A stretch of 64,000 bases of DNA, from the NCBI GenBank assembly GCA_964016885.1, contig OZ024743.1, positions 193,316,001 to 193,380,000 of the forward strand. Direction: 5' to 3'. This DNA comes from Eledone cirrhosa. Its lineage: Eukaryota. The position numbers and the translations under genes were made by a program. The notes below the pieces were generated by a model, which saw nothing but the letters and a program-made list of their open reading frames with translations, was not told the DNA's origin and did not search any database. Every line of letters begins with the position of its first letter. Position 1 is the first letter of the stretch. Below, piece by piece: positions 37,965-52,100 of the stretch.

Positions 37965-38790
37965 AATAATGGTTTCTGATATAGACACAAGGCCAGCAAT
38001 TTTTGGGGAGGGAAAAGTCAATTAAATTGACCCCAGTGCATGACTGGTACTTTATTTTATCGACCCCGTAAAGATGAGAGGCAAAGCTAACCTCAGCGGG
38101 ATTTGGACTCAGAATATAAAGGGCCGTAACTCTATGCCACGAAGCAGGGTGTCCTATGCTCTACCAATTCTGCCAATCCATCGTCCTTTAAAAGAATTGT
38201 TTCTACTTTTGGCACAGGGTCAGCAATTACCTCAGTGCATTACTGGTACTTTATTTGATCAACCCGTAAGGATGAAAGGCAAAGTTAACCTCGGCGGGTT
38301 TTGAACTCAGAACGCAAAGGGCCATAACTCTATGTTTCAAAGCATGGTGCCCGCCCTTAATAATAATTGTTTCTACTTTTGGCACAAGGCCAGCAATTAC
38401 CCAGTGTATTACTGGTACTTTATTTTATCGACCCCGTAAGGATGAAAGGCAAAGTTAACCTCGGCAGGATTTGAACTCAGAATGGGGAGGGCCGTAACTC
38501 TGTGCGTCAAAGCATGGCGTCCGACCCTCTACCGATACTGCCAATCCACCCCTTTAATAATAATGGTTTCTTATATAGGCACAAGGCCAGTAATTTGGGG
38601 GGAGGGGAAAGTCGATTAAATCGACCCCAGTGCGTGACTGGTACTTTATTTTATCGACCCCGTAAGGATGAAAGGCAAATTAACCTCGGCGGGATTTGAG
38701 CTCAGATCATAAAGAGCCGTAACTCTATGCTGCAAAGCATGGCGTCCGACCCTCTACCGATAATGCCAATCCACCGCCCTCATCCGCCCT
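37965..38790 (-). mobile_element. Head-to-tail array of four tRNA-derived SINEs
   Basis: Units start (plus coordinates) at ~37965, 38195, 38363 and 38560. B box GAGTTCAAATCC-like in each unit. A box TGGCAG(T/A)AT(C/T)GG-like in three; the second unit lacks it. Confidence 0.9.
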
Positions 38791-39163
38791 TAATAATAAT
38801 AATGTTGTCTTTTTTGACATTTAATAATTGTTAAGAATGTTTTGAAAATTGAGCTGGTATAGTTGTGACTCAACTAGGGATAATACAGGAAGTGTGACAT
38901 TCATAACTATTTGAAAACATGGAAGCTAATTAGATAGAAAAATAAAAATGAAAGAGAGGTATCATATTCTTTATATCAAGCCAGTACAGATTAGTAAACA
39001 TATTGATTTGAAGAAAAATACAAATTTCAATGAGTGAAAAGGATATAGAAAATAGCCTGTTTGATCCTCATTGTAAGCAGTTTGATTTCAATGTGAAACT
39101 AAATACACACACACATATATTATAATATATAAATAAATAAATAAATATATATATATATATATA

Positions 39164-40095
39164 CGTGGAAAAGTAAGAAATCGGAGAATAGACCGTTAAA
39201 ACATGTTTATTTAAAGCAGCACCTACATACGTTTCGCCCAGTTGGGCTTGTCAAGGGCATAAGTAACTAAAAGTGTTCCTTACATTGCTCGGAAAGAGTT
39301 TTTTGGGTTCAGTTCACGTCAAGATTCATTCTTTGCAAAAAAAATGTGTTTTGATTTTGCAGTAGGTCAAGGGAGGTAACTCTGGCCTGTGTTGGGGCAG
39401 TCTTTCCCGGACAAATTTTTTATTCGTTACAAGATGTGGTTACAACCTTACCATTGTTGATACGCACAAGGTCATGTAATCAACGCTTATTTTGAGATGT
39501 TTGTTTGTCGCACCTGCTTGCTTGGGTCGTTTGAGGCCTGGTCTGGGATGCATGGTTAGTTTTGTAGAAGATCACGCCATCTAGCATCGACTGTGAAGCC
39601 AGTCGATTAACTGCCCTTAGTTCTGACGTCACGTTCTGACGTCAGTTGTTGAGACAATACATTTGGACCATGGCAGCTCGGAGACAACAGACGTGCTAAT
39701 CCCCGTTCAGTTTTCCATGCAGCGACATCAGACCATGCAGTCGTGGCATAATACGATAATGAACCACTACCCAACCTTGGAGCACTGATGTGTTAACCGT
39801 ATTATGATTCGCTTTAAATAAAATGTTCGCATAACATAATCTTGAGGTATGTTCTCTTTTTTGTTTGATGATGTGCCAGCCAGTAAACAATAACCAATTA
39901 GACGGGATGACCGACGACCATCCCCGCCTAAAGTTTCCTGGGTGTTCTTTTGCAGTGCCTGCCCGCCTGGGTGTTAAAGTTTTCTGGGTGTATTTTGCAG
40001 CGCCTGCCTGCCTGGGTGTTAAAGCTTGTTGCAGGGAGACCCGGTACACGGTTTCACTCCTCATCCTCAACTCATCTGAAGAAGGATATTTTTAA
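39164..40095 (-). mobile_element. Unclassified element, possibly a Penelope-like pseudo-LTR or retrozyme-like unit
   Basis: GC- and CpG-richer block abutting a (TA)n tract, with a hammerhead motif and poly(A) signal near the minus-strand 3' end. No recognisable ORF. Confidence 0.4.
39219..39259 (-). ncRNA. Minimal type I hammerhead ribozyme motif (U3-A8 variant)
   Basis: Minus strand ugccc-UUGACAA-gcccaacugggc-GAAAC-guau-GUA-ggugc, followed by AAUAAA. Confidence 0.6.
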
Positions 40096-40124
40096 GCGAT
40101 GATTCCGTTTATCATTTTGCAGTT

Positions 40125-43100
40125 CGTTTTTTATTGGGGGGAGGGATCCATTTTTTATTTGGGTGGATCCGTTTTCTACTTGGGTTGATCCGCTCTTTAG
40201 TTGAGGGTCCGTTTTTTATTTGGGGGTCCGTTTTTTATTTGGGGGGGATCCCTTTTTTATTTGGGTGGGATCCGTTTTCTACTTGGGTTGATCCGCTCTT
40301 TAGTTGAGGGTCCGTTTTTTATTTGGGGATCCGTTTTTTAATTGGGGCGGGGATCCGTTTTTTATTTGCGTGGATCCGTTTTTAATTTGGGTGGATTCGT
40401 TTTTTATTTGGGTGGATCCAATTTTTATTTGGGGACCGTTTTTTATTGGGGGGGGGGGTCCGTTTTTTATTTGGGAGTCCGTTTTTTAATTGGGGGGGGG
40501 GGATCCGTTTATTATTTGGGTGGATCAGTTTTTTATTTGGGTGGATCCGTTTTTTATTTGAGGATCCGTTTTTTTATTTGGGTGGATCCGTTCTTTATTT
40601 GGGGTTCCGTTTTTTATTTGCGGGTGCGTTTTTTAATTGGGAGGGATCCTTTTTTTAAATTTTTTTTGGGGGGAGGGGGGGCATCTGTTTTTTATTTGGG
40701 TGGATCCGTTTTTTATTTGAGGGTCCATTTTTATGGGGGGGTTCTGTCTTTTATTTGGGGGTGATCCATTTTTATTTGGGGGTCCGTTTTTTAATTGGGA
40801 GGATCCTTTTTTATTTGGGTGGAACCGTTTTTTATTTGGGTTGATCCGTTTTTCATTTTGGGTCCGTTTTTTATTTGGTGGGATCCTTTTATTTATTTTG
40901 GGGATCCGTTTTTTTATTTGTGGGTTCATTTTTTAATTGGGGCGGGGATCCGTTTTTTATTTGGGTGGGTCCGTTTTTTATTTGGGTGGATCCGTTTTTT
41001 ATTTAGGGGGATCCGTTTTTATTTGGGGTATCCGTTTTTTATTTGGGGTCCATTTTTTATTAGGGGGGATCCGTTTTTTATGTGGGGGTCCGTTTTTATT
41101 TGGGTGGATCCGTTTTTTATTTTTTTTTGGGGCGGGGGGATCCGCTTTTTATTTGGGGAGTATCCGTTTTTTATTTGGGTGAATCCGCTTTTCATTTTGG
41201 GTTCCGTTTTTTATTTGGGGGGATCCGTTTTTTATTGGGGGGGGGGGGGGGGGGTATCCGTTTTCTATTTGGGGTCCTTTTTTTATTTGGGCTGATCCAT
41301 TTTTTATTGGGGGTCCGTTTTTTAATTGGGGAGATCCTTTTTTATTTGGGTAGAACCGTTTATTATTTGCGTTGATCCGTTTTTCATTTTGGGGTCCGTT
41401 TTTTATTTGGGGGGATCCGTTTTTTATTTGGTAGTCCGTTTTTTAATTGGGGCGGGGATCCGTTTTTTATTTGGGGCGGGGATCCGTTTTTTATTTGGGT
41501 GGGTTCGTTTTTTATTTGGGTGGTAACGTTTTTTATTTGGGTGGTAACGTTTTTTATTTGGGGGTCCGTTTTTTATCTTAGGGAGGATGCGCTTTTTATT
41601 TGGGGTTCATTTTTCATTTGGGGTCCGTTTTTTATTTGGGTGTGTGTTTTTTATTTGGGGGCGGATCCGTTTTTTATTTGCGTGATTCCGTTTCTCATTT
41701 GGGGGGATCTGTTTTTATTTGGGGGTCCGTTTTTTAATTGGGCCGGGATCCGTTTTTATTTGGGTGGATCCGTTTTTTATTTGGGTGGACCCATTTTTTA
41801 TTTGGGTGGATTCGTTTTTTATTTGGGTGGACCCGGTTTTTTATTTGGGTGGATCCGTTTTTTATTTGAGGGTCCGTTTTTTATTTGGGGTCCGTTTTTC
41901 ATTTGGAGGGATCCGTATTTTATGTGGGGGTCCGTTTTTTAATTGGGGGCCATCCGTTTTTTATTTGGGTAGATCCGTTTTTTATTTGGGTGTATCCGTT
42001 TTTTATTTGGGTGTATCCGTTTTTTATTTGGGTGAATCCGTTTTTCGTTTTGGGGTCCGTTTTTTTATTTGGGGGATCCGTTTATTATTTGTGGAGGATC
42101 CATTTTTATTTGGGTGGATCCGTTTTTTATTTGGGTGGGTCCGTTTTTTATTTTAGGGTCCGTTTTTTATTTGGGGGGGTGATCCGTTTTCTATTTGGGG
42201 TCCGTTTTTTATTTGGGGTGATCCATTTTTTATTTGTGTGTCCGTTTTTTAATTGGGGAGATCCTTTTTTATTTGCGTGGAACCGTCTTTCATTTGAGTT
42301 AATCCGTTTTTCAATTTGGGGTCCGTTTTTTATTTGGGGAGATCCGTTATTTATTTGGGGTCCGAATTTTTTGGGGGGAGATCCGTTTTTTATTTGGTGG
42401 GGGGAACCGCTTTCTATTGGGGGGTATCCGCTTTTTATTTGGGTGAATCCGTTTTTCATTTTGGAGTTCGTTTTTTAATTGGGGCCGCGATCCGTTTTTT
42501 ATTTGGGTGGGTCCGTTTTTTATTTGGGTGGATCGGTTTTTTTATTTGGGGCCCGTTTTTTATCTTAGGGTGGATCCGTTTTTTTGTAGGGAGTCCTTTT
42601 TTATTGGGGGGGGGATCCATTTTTATGTGGGAGTCCGTGTTTTAATCAGTTTTTTATTTGGGTGGATCCGTTTTTTATTTGGGGGATCCGTTTTTTATTT
42701 GGGTGGTAACGTTTTTTATTTGGGGATCCGTTTTTATCTTAGGGAGGATCCGCTTTTTAATCATTTGGCGTCCTTTTTTTATTTGGGGGGATCTGTTTTT
42801 TATGAGGGTGTCCGTTTTTTATTTACGGGGGAACCGTTTTTTATCTGGGTGGATCCGCCTTTTATTTGGGGGTGTGTTTTTTATTTGGGGGTGGATCAGT
42901 TTTTTATTTGGGGGTCCGTTTTTTATTTGGGGAGGATCCGTTTTTTATTTGGGGGGATCCGTTTTTTAACTGGGGCGGGGATCCGTTTATATTTGGGTTG
43001 ATCCGTTTTTTATTTGGTTGGATCCGTTTTTTATTTGGGTGGATCCGCGTTTTATTTGAGGGTCCGTTTTTTATTTGGAGTCCGTTTTTCATTTGGACGG

Positions 43101-46100
43101 ATCCGTATTTTATGTGGGGGTCCGTTTTTTAATTGGGGGGCCATCCGTTTTTTATTTGGGTGGATGGATCCGTTTTTTATTTGGGGTCTGTTTTTTATTT
43201 GGGGTCCGTTTCTGATTTGGGGGTATCCGTTTTTTAACTAGGGCGGGGATCCGTTTATATTTGGGTTGATCCGTTTTTTATTTGGTTGGATCCGTTTTTT
43301 ATTTGGGTGGATCCGCGTTTTATTTGAGGGTCCGTTTTTTATTTGGGGTCCGTTTTTCATTTGGAGGGATTCGTATTTTATGTGGGGGTCCGTTTTTTAA
43401 TTGGGGGCCATCCGTTTTTTATTTGGGGGTCTGTTATTTATTTGGGGTATCCGGTTTTTATTTGTGGGGGGGGGGGTCGTTTTATTTGGGGTCTGTTTTT
43501 TATTTGGGGGTCCTTTTTTTAATTGGGGCAGGGATTCGTTTTTTAATTGGGGGGATCCGTTTTTTATTTGGGTGGGCCCGTTTTTTATTTGGGGGATCCG
43601 TTTTTTTATTTGGGTGAATTTTTATTTGGGAGTACGTTTTTTATTTGGTGGGGGATCCGTTTTTTATTTGGGGTCTGTTTTTTATTTGGGGGTCTGTTAT
43701 TTATTTGGTGTATCCGTTTTTTATTTGAGGGTCCGTTTTTTATTTGTGGGTGGGTGGAGGGAGGTCCGTTTTTTATTTGGGGTCTATTTTTTATTTTGGG
43801 GTACATTTTTTAATTGGGGCAGGGATCCGTTTTTTAATTGGGGGAATCCGTTTTTTATTTGGGTGGGCCCGTTTTTTATTTGGGGGATCTGTTTTTTTAT
43901 TTGGGTGGATGTGTTTTTTATTTGGGGGATCCGTTTTTTATTTGGGTGGATCCGTTTTTTATTTGGGGGTTCACCCAAATAAAAACGGATTCCCGCCCCA
44001 ATTGAAAAACGGACCTCCAAAAAAAAATGGACCCCAAATACAAAACGGATCTCCCACAAATAAAAAACGGACCCTCAAATAAAAACCCATCCCCCCAAAC
44101 AAAAATCGGACCCCCAATTAAAAACGGATCCACCCAAATAAAAAACGGATCGCTCCAATTAAAAGACGGACCCTCCCCCCAAAACCAGATCCACCCAAAT
44201 AAAAACGGATTCCCCGAATAAAACACGGAAGCCACCCAAATAAAAAACGGCTCCCTCCAAATAAAAAAACGGACACGCCAAATAAAAAACGCATCCACCA
44301 AGATAAAAATCCCCCCAAATAAAATCTGGCCCCAAATAAAAAACGGATCCCCCCAAATAAAAACGGACCCCAAAATGAAAAACGGATTCACCCAAATAAA
44401 AAAAAGATGCCCCCCAAATAAAAATCGGATCCCGCCAAATAAAAAACGGATCCACCCAAATAAAAAACGGATTCCCCCAAATAAAAAACGGCTCCCCCCA
44501 AATAAAAAAAGATGCCCCCCAAATAAAAATCGGATCCCGCCAAATAAAAAACGGATCCACCCAAATAAAAAACGGATTCACCCAATTAAAAACGGATCCC
44601 CCAAATAAAAAACGGACCCCCAAATAAAAAACGGACCCCAAATAAAAAACGGATGCACCCAAATAAAAAAGGACCCACCTAAATAAAAAGCGGATCACCG
44701 CCCCAATAAAAAAACGGCCCCCCAAATAAAAACGGATCGCACAAAATAAAAAACGGACCCCAAATAAAAAACGGACCCTCAAATAAAAAATGGATCCACC
44801 CAAATAAAAAACGGATCCATCTAAATAAAAAACGGACTCACCCAAATAAAAAACGGATGCCCCCCTCCCCAAATAAAACAGATCCCTCAAATAAAAAACG
44901 CATCCACCAAAATAAAAATCGGATCCCCCCAAATAATCCCGGATCCCACCAAATAAAAAACGGACCCCCAAATAAAAAACGGATCCACCCAAATAAAAAA
45001 CAGACCCACCCAAATAAAAAATAGATCACCGCCCCAATTAAAAAACGGACCCCCAAATAAGAAAACGGATCCCACCAAATAAAAACGGACCCCAAATAAA
45101 AAACGGATGCCCCAAATAAAAAATGCATCCACCAAAATAAAGATCGGATCCCCTCAAATAATCCCGGATCATGCCGAATAAAAAACGGATCTATCCAAAT
45201 AAAAAACGGATCCACCCAACTAAAAAAGAATCACCCCAATTTCATTTTGGGGTCAGTTTTTTTATTTGGGGGGATCCGTTTTTTATTTTGGTGGTATGTT
45301 TTTTTATTGGGGAGGATCCGTTTTTTATTTGGGGAGGGGGATTCGTTTCTTATTGGGAGGGATCCGTTTTTTATTTGGGTGGATCCCTTTTTTATTTGGG
45401 GTGGATCCGGTATTTATTTGGGGCTTCGGTTTCTATTTGTGGAGCATAGTTTTTTATTTGGGTGGCTACGTATTTTATTTGGAGGTCCGTTTTTTAATTG
45501 GGAGAGATCCATTTTTTATTTGGGGAGGGGATGGTCCGTTCCTTATTTGGAGGGGGGATCCGTTTTTATTTGGGTGGATCCGTTTTTTATTTGGGTGTCC
45601 TTTTTATAATTTGTGGTGGATCCGATTTTTATTTGGGTGGATCAGTTTTTTGTTTGGGGGTCCGTTTTTTATTTGGGGGTGGATCCGCTTTTTATTTGGG
45701 GGTATCCGTTTTTTTATTTGGGTGGATCCGTTTTTTATTTGGGGTTATTTTTTTATATGGGGGGGGGGGGGGTATCCGTCTTTTATTTGGGGTCATCCGT
45801 TTTTTATTTGGGTGGATCCGTTTTTTATTTGGGTGGATCCGGTTTTTATTTTGGTGGATCCGTTTTTTATTTGGGAGGGATCCGTTTTTTATTTGGGTGG
45901 ATCCGTTTTTTATTTGGGTGGATCCAGTTTTTATTTGGGTGGATCCGGTTTTTATTTTGGTGGATCCGTTTTTTATTTGGGTGGATCCGGTTTTTATTTT
46001 GGTGGATCCGTTTTTTATTTGGAGGGATCCGTTTTTTATTTGGGGGTCCGTTATTTATTGGGGGGGGGTCTGCTTTTTATTTGAGTGTCCATTTTTTATT

Positions 46101-49100
46101 TGGGTGGATCATTTTTTTATTTGGGGGTCCGTTTTTTAATTGGGGGGGTGGGATCCGTTTTTTATTTGGGTGGAACCGTATTTCATTTTGGGGTCCGTTT
46201 TTTATTCGGGAGTGGATCCGTTCTTTATTTTGGAGAATCCCGTTTTTATTTGGGGGGATCGGTTTTTTTAATTGAGGGTCCGTTTTTTATTTGTGGTGAT
46301 CCGCTTTGCATTTGGGGTTATTCGTTTTTTTATTTGGGTGGATCGATTTTTTAATTGTGGTTCTTTTTTTAGTTCGGGGTGGGGAATGAGGGGGGTATCC
46401 GTTTTTTATTTTGGGTGGATCCTTTTTTCTTTGGTGGTCCGTTTTTTAATTGGGAGGGATCCATTTTTTATTTGGGGAGAGGGAGGTGGGCGATTCGTTT
46501 CTTTTGTGGGGAGGGGGGATCCGTTTTTTATTTGGGTGGATCCGTTTTTTATTTGGGGTGGATCCGTTATTTATTTGGAGGTCCGTTTTTTAATTGGGAG
46601 GGATCCATTTTTTATTTGGGGAGGTGGAGGGTGTGATCCGTTTCTTTTTTTGGGGGGGGATCCGTTTTTTATTTGGGTGGATCCGTTTTTTATTTGGGGG
46701 TTCTTTTTATTATTTGGGGTGGATCCGTTCTTTATTTGGGAGAATCCTGTTTTTATCTTGTGGGATCCGTTTTTTTAATTGAGGGTCATGTTTTATTTGG
46801 GCGGAAACCGTTTTTTATTTGGGGGTATCCGTTTTTTTAGTTGGGGGGATCCGTTTTTTATTTGGGTGGATCCGTTTTTTTATTTGGGTGGATCGGTTTT
46901 TAAATTGTGGTTCTTTTTTTAGTTCGGGGTGGGGGATGAGGAGGGTATCTGTTTTTTTATTTGGGGGAGATCCGTTTTTTATTTGGGTGGATCCGTTTTT
47001 TATTTGGGGGGATCCGTTTTTTATTTGGGGGTCCGTTATTTATTTGGGGGGAGGGGATCCGTTTTTTATTTGAGGTTCCGTTTTTTATTTGGTGGGGGAT
47101 CCGTTTTTTATTTGGGGTCTGTATTTTATTTGGGGGTCCTTTTTTTAAGTGTGGCGGGGATCCGTTTTTTAATTGGGGGGATCCGTTTTTTATTTGGGTG
47201 GATCAGTTTTTTATTTGGGGTGGATCCGTTATTTATTTGGGGGTCCGTTTTTTATTTGGGGGTTCGGTTTTTATTTGTGGTGCATAGTTTTTTATTTGGG
47301 GTGGATCCTTTTTTCTTTGGAGGTCCGTTTTTTAATTGGGAGGGATCCATTTTTTATTTGGGGAGGTGGAGGGTGTGATCCGTTTCTTTTTTGGGGTAGA
47401 TCCGTTTTTTATTTGGGTGGATCCGTTTTTTATTTGGGGGTACTTTTTATTATTTGGGGTGGATCCGTTCTTTATTTGGGAGAATCCTGTTTTTATTTTG
47501 TGGGATCCGTTTTTTTAATTGAGGGTCATGTTTTATTTGGGCGGAAACCGTTTTTTATTTGGGGGTATCCGTTTTTTTAGTTGGGGAGGATCCGTTTTTT
47601 ATTTGGGTGGATCCGTTTTTTTATTTGGGTGGATCGGTTTTTAAATTGTGGTTCTTTTTTTAGTTCGGGTGGGGGGATGAGGAGGGTATCTGTTTTTTAT
47701 TTGGGGGGAGATCCGTTTTTTATTTGGGTGGATCCGTTTTTTATTTGGGGGGATCCGTTTTTTATTTGGGGGGATCCGTTTTTTATTTGGGGGTCCGTTA
47801 TTTATTTGGGGGGGGGGATCCGTTTTTTATTTGAGGTTCCGTTTTTTATTTGGTAGGGATCCGTTTTTTATTTGGGGTCTGTATTTTATTTGGGGGTCCT
47901 TTTTTTAAGTGTGGCGGGGATCCGTTTTTTAATTGGGGGGATCCGTTTTTTATTTGGGTGGATCAGTTTTTTATTTGGGGTGGATCCGTTATTTATTTGG
48001 GGGTCTGTTTTTTATTTGGGGGTTCGGTTTTTATTTGTGGTGCATAGTTTTTTATTTGGGTGGATCCTTTTTTCTTTGGAGGTCCGTTTTTTAATTGGGA
48101 GGGATCCATTTTTTATTTGGGGAGAGGGAGGTGGGTGATTCGTTTCTTTTTGGGGTGATCCGTTTTTTATTTGGGTGGATCCGTTTTTTATTTGGGGTGG
48201 ATCCGTTGTTTATTTGGGGGTCCGTTTTTTATTTGGGGGGAGGCGTTTTTTATTTGGAGGTCCGTTTTTTAATTGGGAGGTATCCATTTTTTATTTGGGG
48301 AGGTGGAGGGTGTGATCCGTTTCTTTTTTGGGGGGATCCGTTTTTTATTTGGGGGTACTTTTTATTATTTGGGGTGGATCCGTTCTTTATTTGGGAGATT
48401 CCCGTTTTTATTTTGTGGGATCCGTTTTTTTAATTGAGGGTCATGTTTTAGTTGGGCGGATACCGTTTTTTATTTGGGGGTATCCGTTTTTTAGTTGGGG
48501 GATCCGTTGTTTATTTGGGTGGATCCGTTCTTTATTTGGGAGAATCCTGTTTTTATTTGGGTGGATCCGTTTTTTTAATTGAGGGTCCGTTTTTTATTTG
48601 GGGAGGGGGGGGATTCCGTTTTTTATTTGTGGGGATCCGTTTTTTATTTGGGTGGATCCGGTTTTTTATTTGGGGGGATCCGTTTTTTCTTTGGGGAGGG
48701 ATACGTTTTTTATTTGGGATCTGTATTTTATTTGGGGGTGCTTTTTTAATTGGGGCGGGGTTCCGTTTTTTAATTGGGGGGATCCGTTTTTTATTTGGGT
48801 GGGCCCGTTTTTTATTTGGGGGATCCGTTATTTTATATGGGTGGATGCGTTTTTTATTTGGGGGATCTATTTTTTATTTGGGTGGGATCCGTTTTTTATT
48901 TGGGTTGATCCGTTTTTTATTTGGGTTGATCCGTTTTTTATTTGGGGGTCCACCCAAATAAAAACGGATTCCCGCCCGAATTAAAACACGGACCTCCAAA
49001 TAAAAAACGGACCCAAATACAAAACGGATCTCCCTCAAATAAAAAACCCATCCCCCCAAACAGAAAACGGACCCCCAATTAAAGAAACGGATCCACTCAA

Positions 49101-52100
49101 ATAAAAAACGGATTCACCCAAATAAAAAACGGTTCCCCCCCAAATAAAAAACGGATCCCGCCACATAAAAAAACAGATCCACCCAAATAAAAAACGGATC
49201 CACCCAAATAAAAAACGGATCGCCCCAATTAAAAGACGGACCCTCCCCCAAAAAACAGATCCACCCAAATAAAAACGGATCCCACGAATAAAACACGGAA
49301 TCCACCCAAATAAAAAACGGCTCCCTCAAAATAAAAAAACAGACCCACCAAATAAAAAACACATCTACCAAAATAAAAATCGCCCCCAAATAAAAATCTG
49401 CCCCCAAATAAAAAAACGGATTCCCCCAAATAAAAAACGGACCCCAAAATGAAAAACGGATTCACCCAAATAAAAAACGGTGCCCCCCCCCCAATAAAAA
49501 ACGGATCCCCCCCAAATAAAAAACGGATCCCGCCAAATAAAAAAACAGATCCACCCAAATAAAAACGGACACCCCAAATAAAAAACGGACCGCCGAATAA
49601 AAAACGGACCCCCAAATAAAAAACGGACCCCCAAATAAAAAAATGGATGCACCCAAATAAAAAACGGATGCACCCAAATAAAAAAAGGACCCACCCAAAT
49701 AAAAAGCGGATCACCGCCCCAATTAAAAAACGGACCCCCAAATAAAAAACGGATCCACCCAAATAAAAAACAGACCCACCCAAATAAAAAACGGATCACT
49801 GACCCAATTAAAAAACAGACCCCCCCCCAAATAAAAAACGGATCCCACCAAATAAAAACGGTCATCAAATAAAAAACGGATGCCACAAATAAAAAATGCA
49901 TCTACCAAAATAAAAACCGGATCCCCTCAAATAATCCCGGATCCCGCCGAATAAAAAACGGATCCATCCAAATAAAAAACGGATCCACGCAAATAAAAAA
50001 CGAATCCACCCAAATAAAAAAGAATCACCCCAATTTCATTTTGGGGCCCGTTTTTTATTTGGCGGCATCCGTTTTTATTTGTGGAGGATCCGTTTTTTAT
50101 TTGGGGGGGGGGGGTCCGTTTTCTATTTGGGGTCCGTGTTTTATTTGGGGTGATCCATTTTTTATTTGGGGGTCCGTTTTTTAATTGGGGGGGATCCGCT
50201 GTTTATTTGGGGTGTATCCGTTTATTATTTGGGTGAATCCGTTTTTCATTTTGGGATCCGTTTTTTATTTGGGGATATCCGTTTTTTTATTTGGGTGGAT
50301 CCGTTTTTTTATTTTAGCGTTGTTTTTTATTTGGGGAAGGGGGAATCCGTTTTCTATTTGGGGGTCCGTATTTTAATTGGGGAGATCCTTTTTTATTTGG
50401 GTGGAACCGTTTTTTATTTGGCTTGATCCGTTTTTCATTTTGGGGTCCGTTTTTTAATTGGGGTGGGGATCCGTTTTTTATTTGGGTGGGTCCGTTTTTT
50501 ATTTGGGTGGATCCGTTTTCTATTTGGGTGGTCACGTTTTCATTTGGGGTCCGTTTTTATCTTAGGGTGGATCCGTTTTTTTTTTGGGGGGGGGGGTCCG
50601 TTTTTTATTTGGGGAGGGGGATCCGTTTTTTATTTGGGGGAGCGTTTTTTAATTGGGAGGATCCTTTTTTATTTGGGTGGAACAGTTTATTATTTGGGGG
50701 TCCATTTTTTATTTGGGTCCGTTTTTATTTGGTGGCTACGTTTTTTATTTGGGGGCCTGTTTTTTAATTGGCGGGGAACCGTTCTTTATTTGGATCGGCC
50801 CGTTTTTTATTTGGGGGGATCATTTTTTTTATTTGGGTGGATCAGTTTTTTATTTGGAGGTCCGTTTTTTAATTGGGGGGATCCGTTTTTTATTTGGGTG
50901 GAACCGTATTTCATTTGGGGTCCGTTTTTATTTGGGGGTGATTCCGTTCTTTATTTGGGAGATTCCCGTTTTTATTTTGGGGGATCCTTTTTTTAATTGA
51001 GGGTCCGTTTTTTATTTGAGTGGATTCCGCTTTTTATTTGTGGGGATCCGCTTTATATTTGGGGGTATCCGTTTTTTTTTATTTGGGTGGATCCGTTTTT
51101 TATTCGGGATTCTTTTTTTTAATGGGGGGAGGGTATCCGTTTTTATTTGGCGGGATCCGTTTCTTATTTGGGGGGATCCGTTTTTTATTTGGGGGTATCC
51201 GTTTTTTCTTTGGGGGGATCCGTTTTTTCTTTGGGGGGATCCGTTTTTTCTTTGGGGGTCCGTTATTTATTTGGGGGGGATCCGTTTTTTATTTGAGTGT
51301 CCGTTTTGTATTTGGGTGGATCAGTTTTTTTATTTGGGGATCCGTTTTTTAATTGGGGGTATCCGTTTTTTATTTGTGTGGAACCGTATTTCATTTTGGG
51401 AGCGGTTTTTTTATTTGGGGGTGGATCCGTTCTTTATTTGGGAGAATCCCGTTTTTATTTGGGATTTGGGGGGATCCGTTTTTTTAATTGAGGGTCCGTT
51501 TTTTATTTGGGTGGATCCGTTTTTTATTTGGGGGGCTCCGTTTTTTCTTTGGGTGGATCCGTTTTTTATTTGGGTGGATCCGGTTTTTATTTGGGTGGAT
51601 CCGTTTTTATTTGGGGGGAATCCGTTTTCTATTTGTGGGGATCCGCTTTTTATTTGGGGGATCCGTTTTTTTATTTCGGTGGATCCGTTTTTTATTTGGA
51701 TGGATCCGTTTTTTATTTGAGGGTCCACCCAAATAAAAACGGATTCCCGCCCCAATTAAAAAACAGACCTCCAAATACAAAACGGATCTCCCACAAATAA
51801 AAAACGGACCCTCAAATAAAAAAACCCATCCCCCCAACAAAAAACGGACCACCAAATAAAAAACGGATCCACCCAAATAAAAAACGGATCCCCCTAAATA
51901 GAAAACGGATCCACCCAAATAAAAAACGGATCCACCCAAATAAAAACGTACCCCCGAATAAAACACGGAATCCACCCAAATAAAAAACGGCTCCCTCCAA
52001 ATAAAAAAACAGACCCACCAAATAAAAAACGCATCCACCAAAATAAAAATCCCCCAAATAAAAAACGAACCCCAGAATGAAAAACGGATTTACCCAAATA

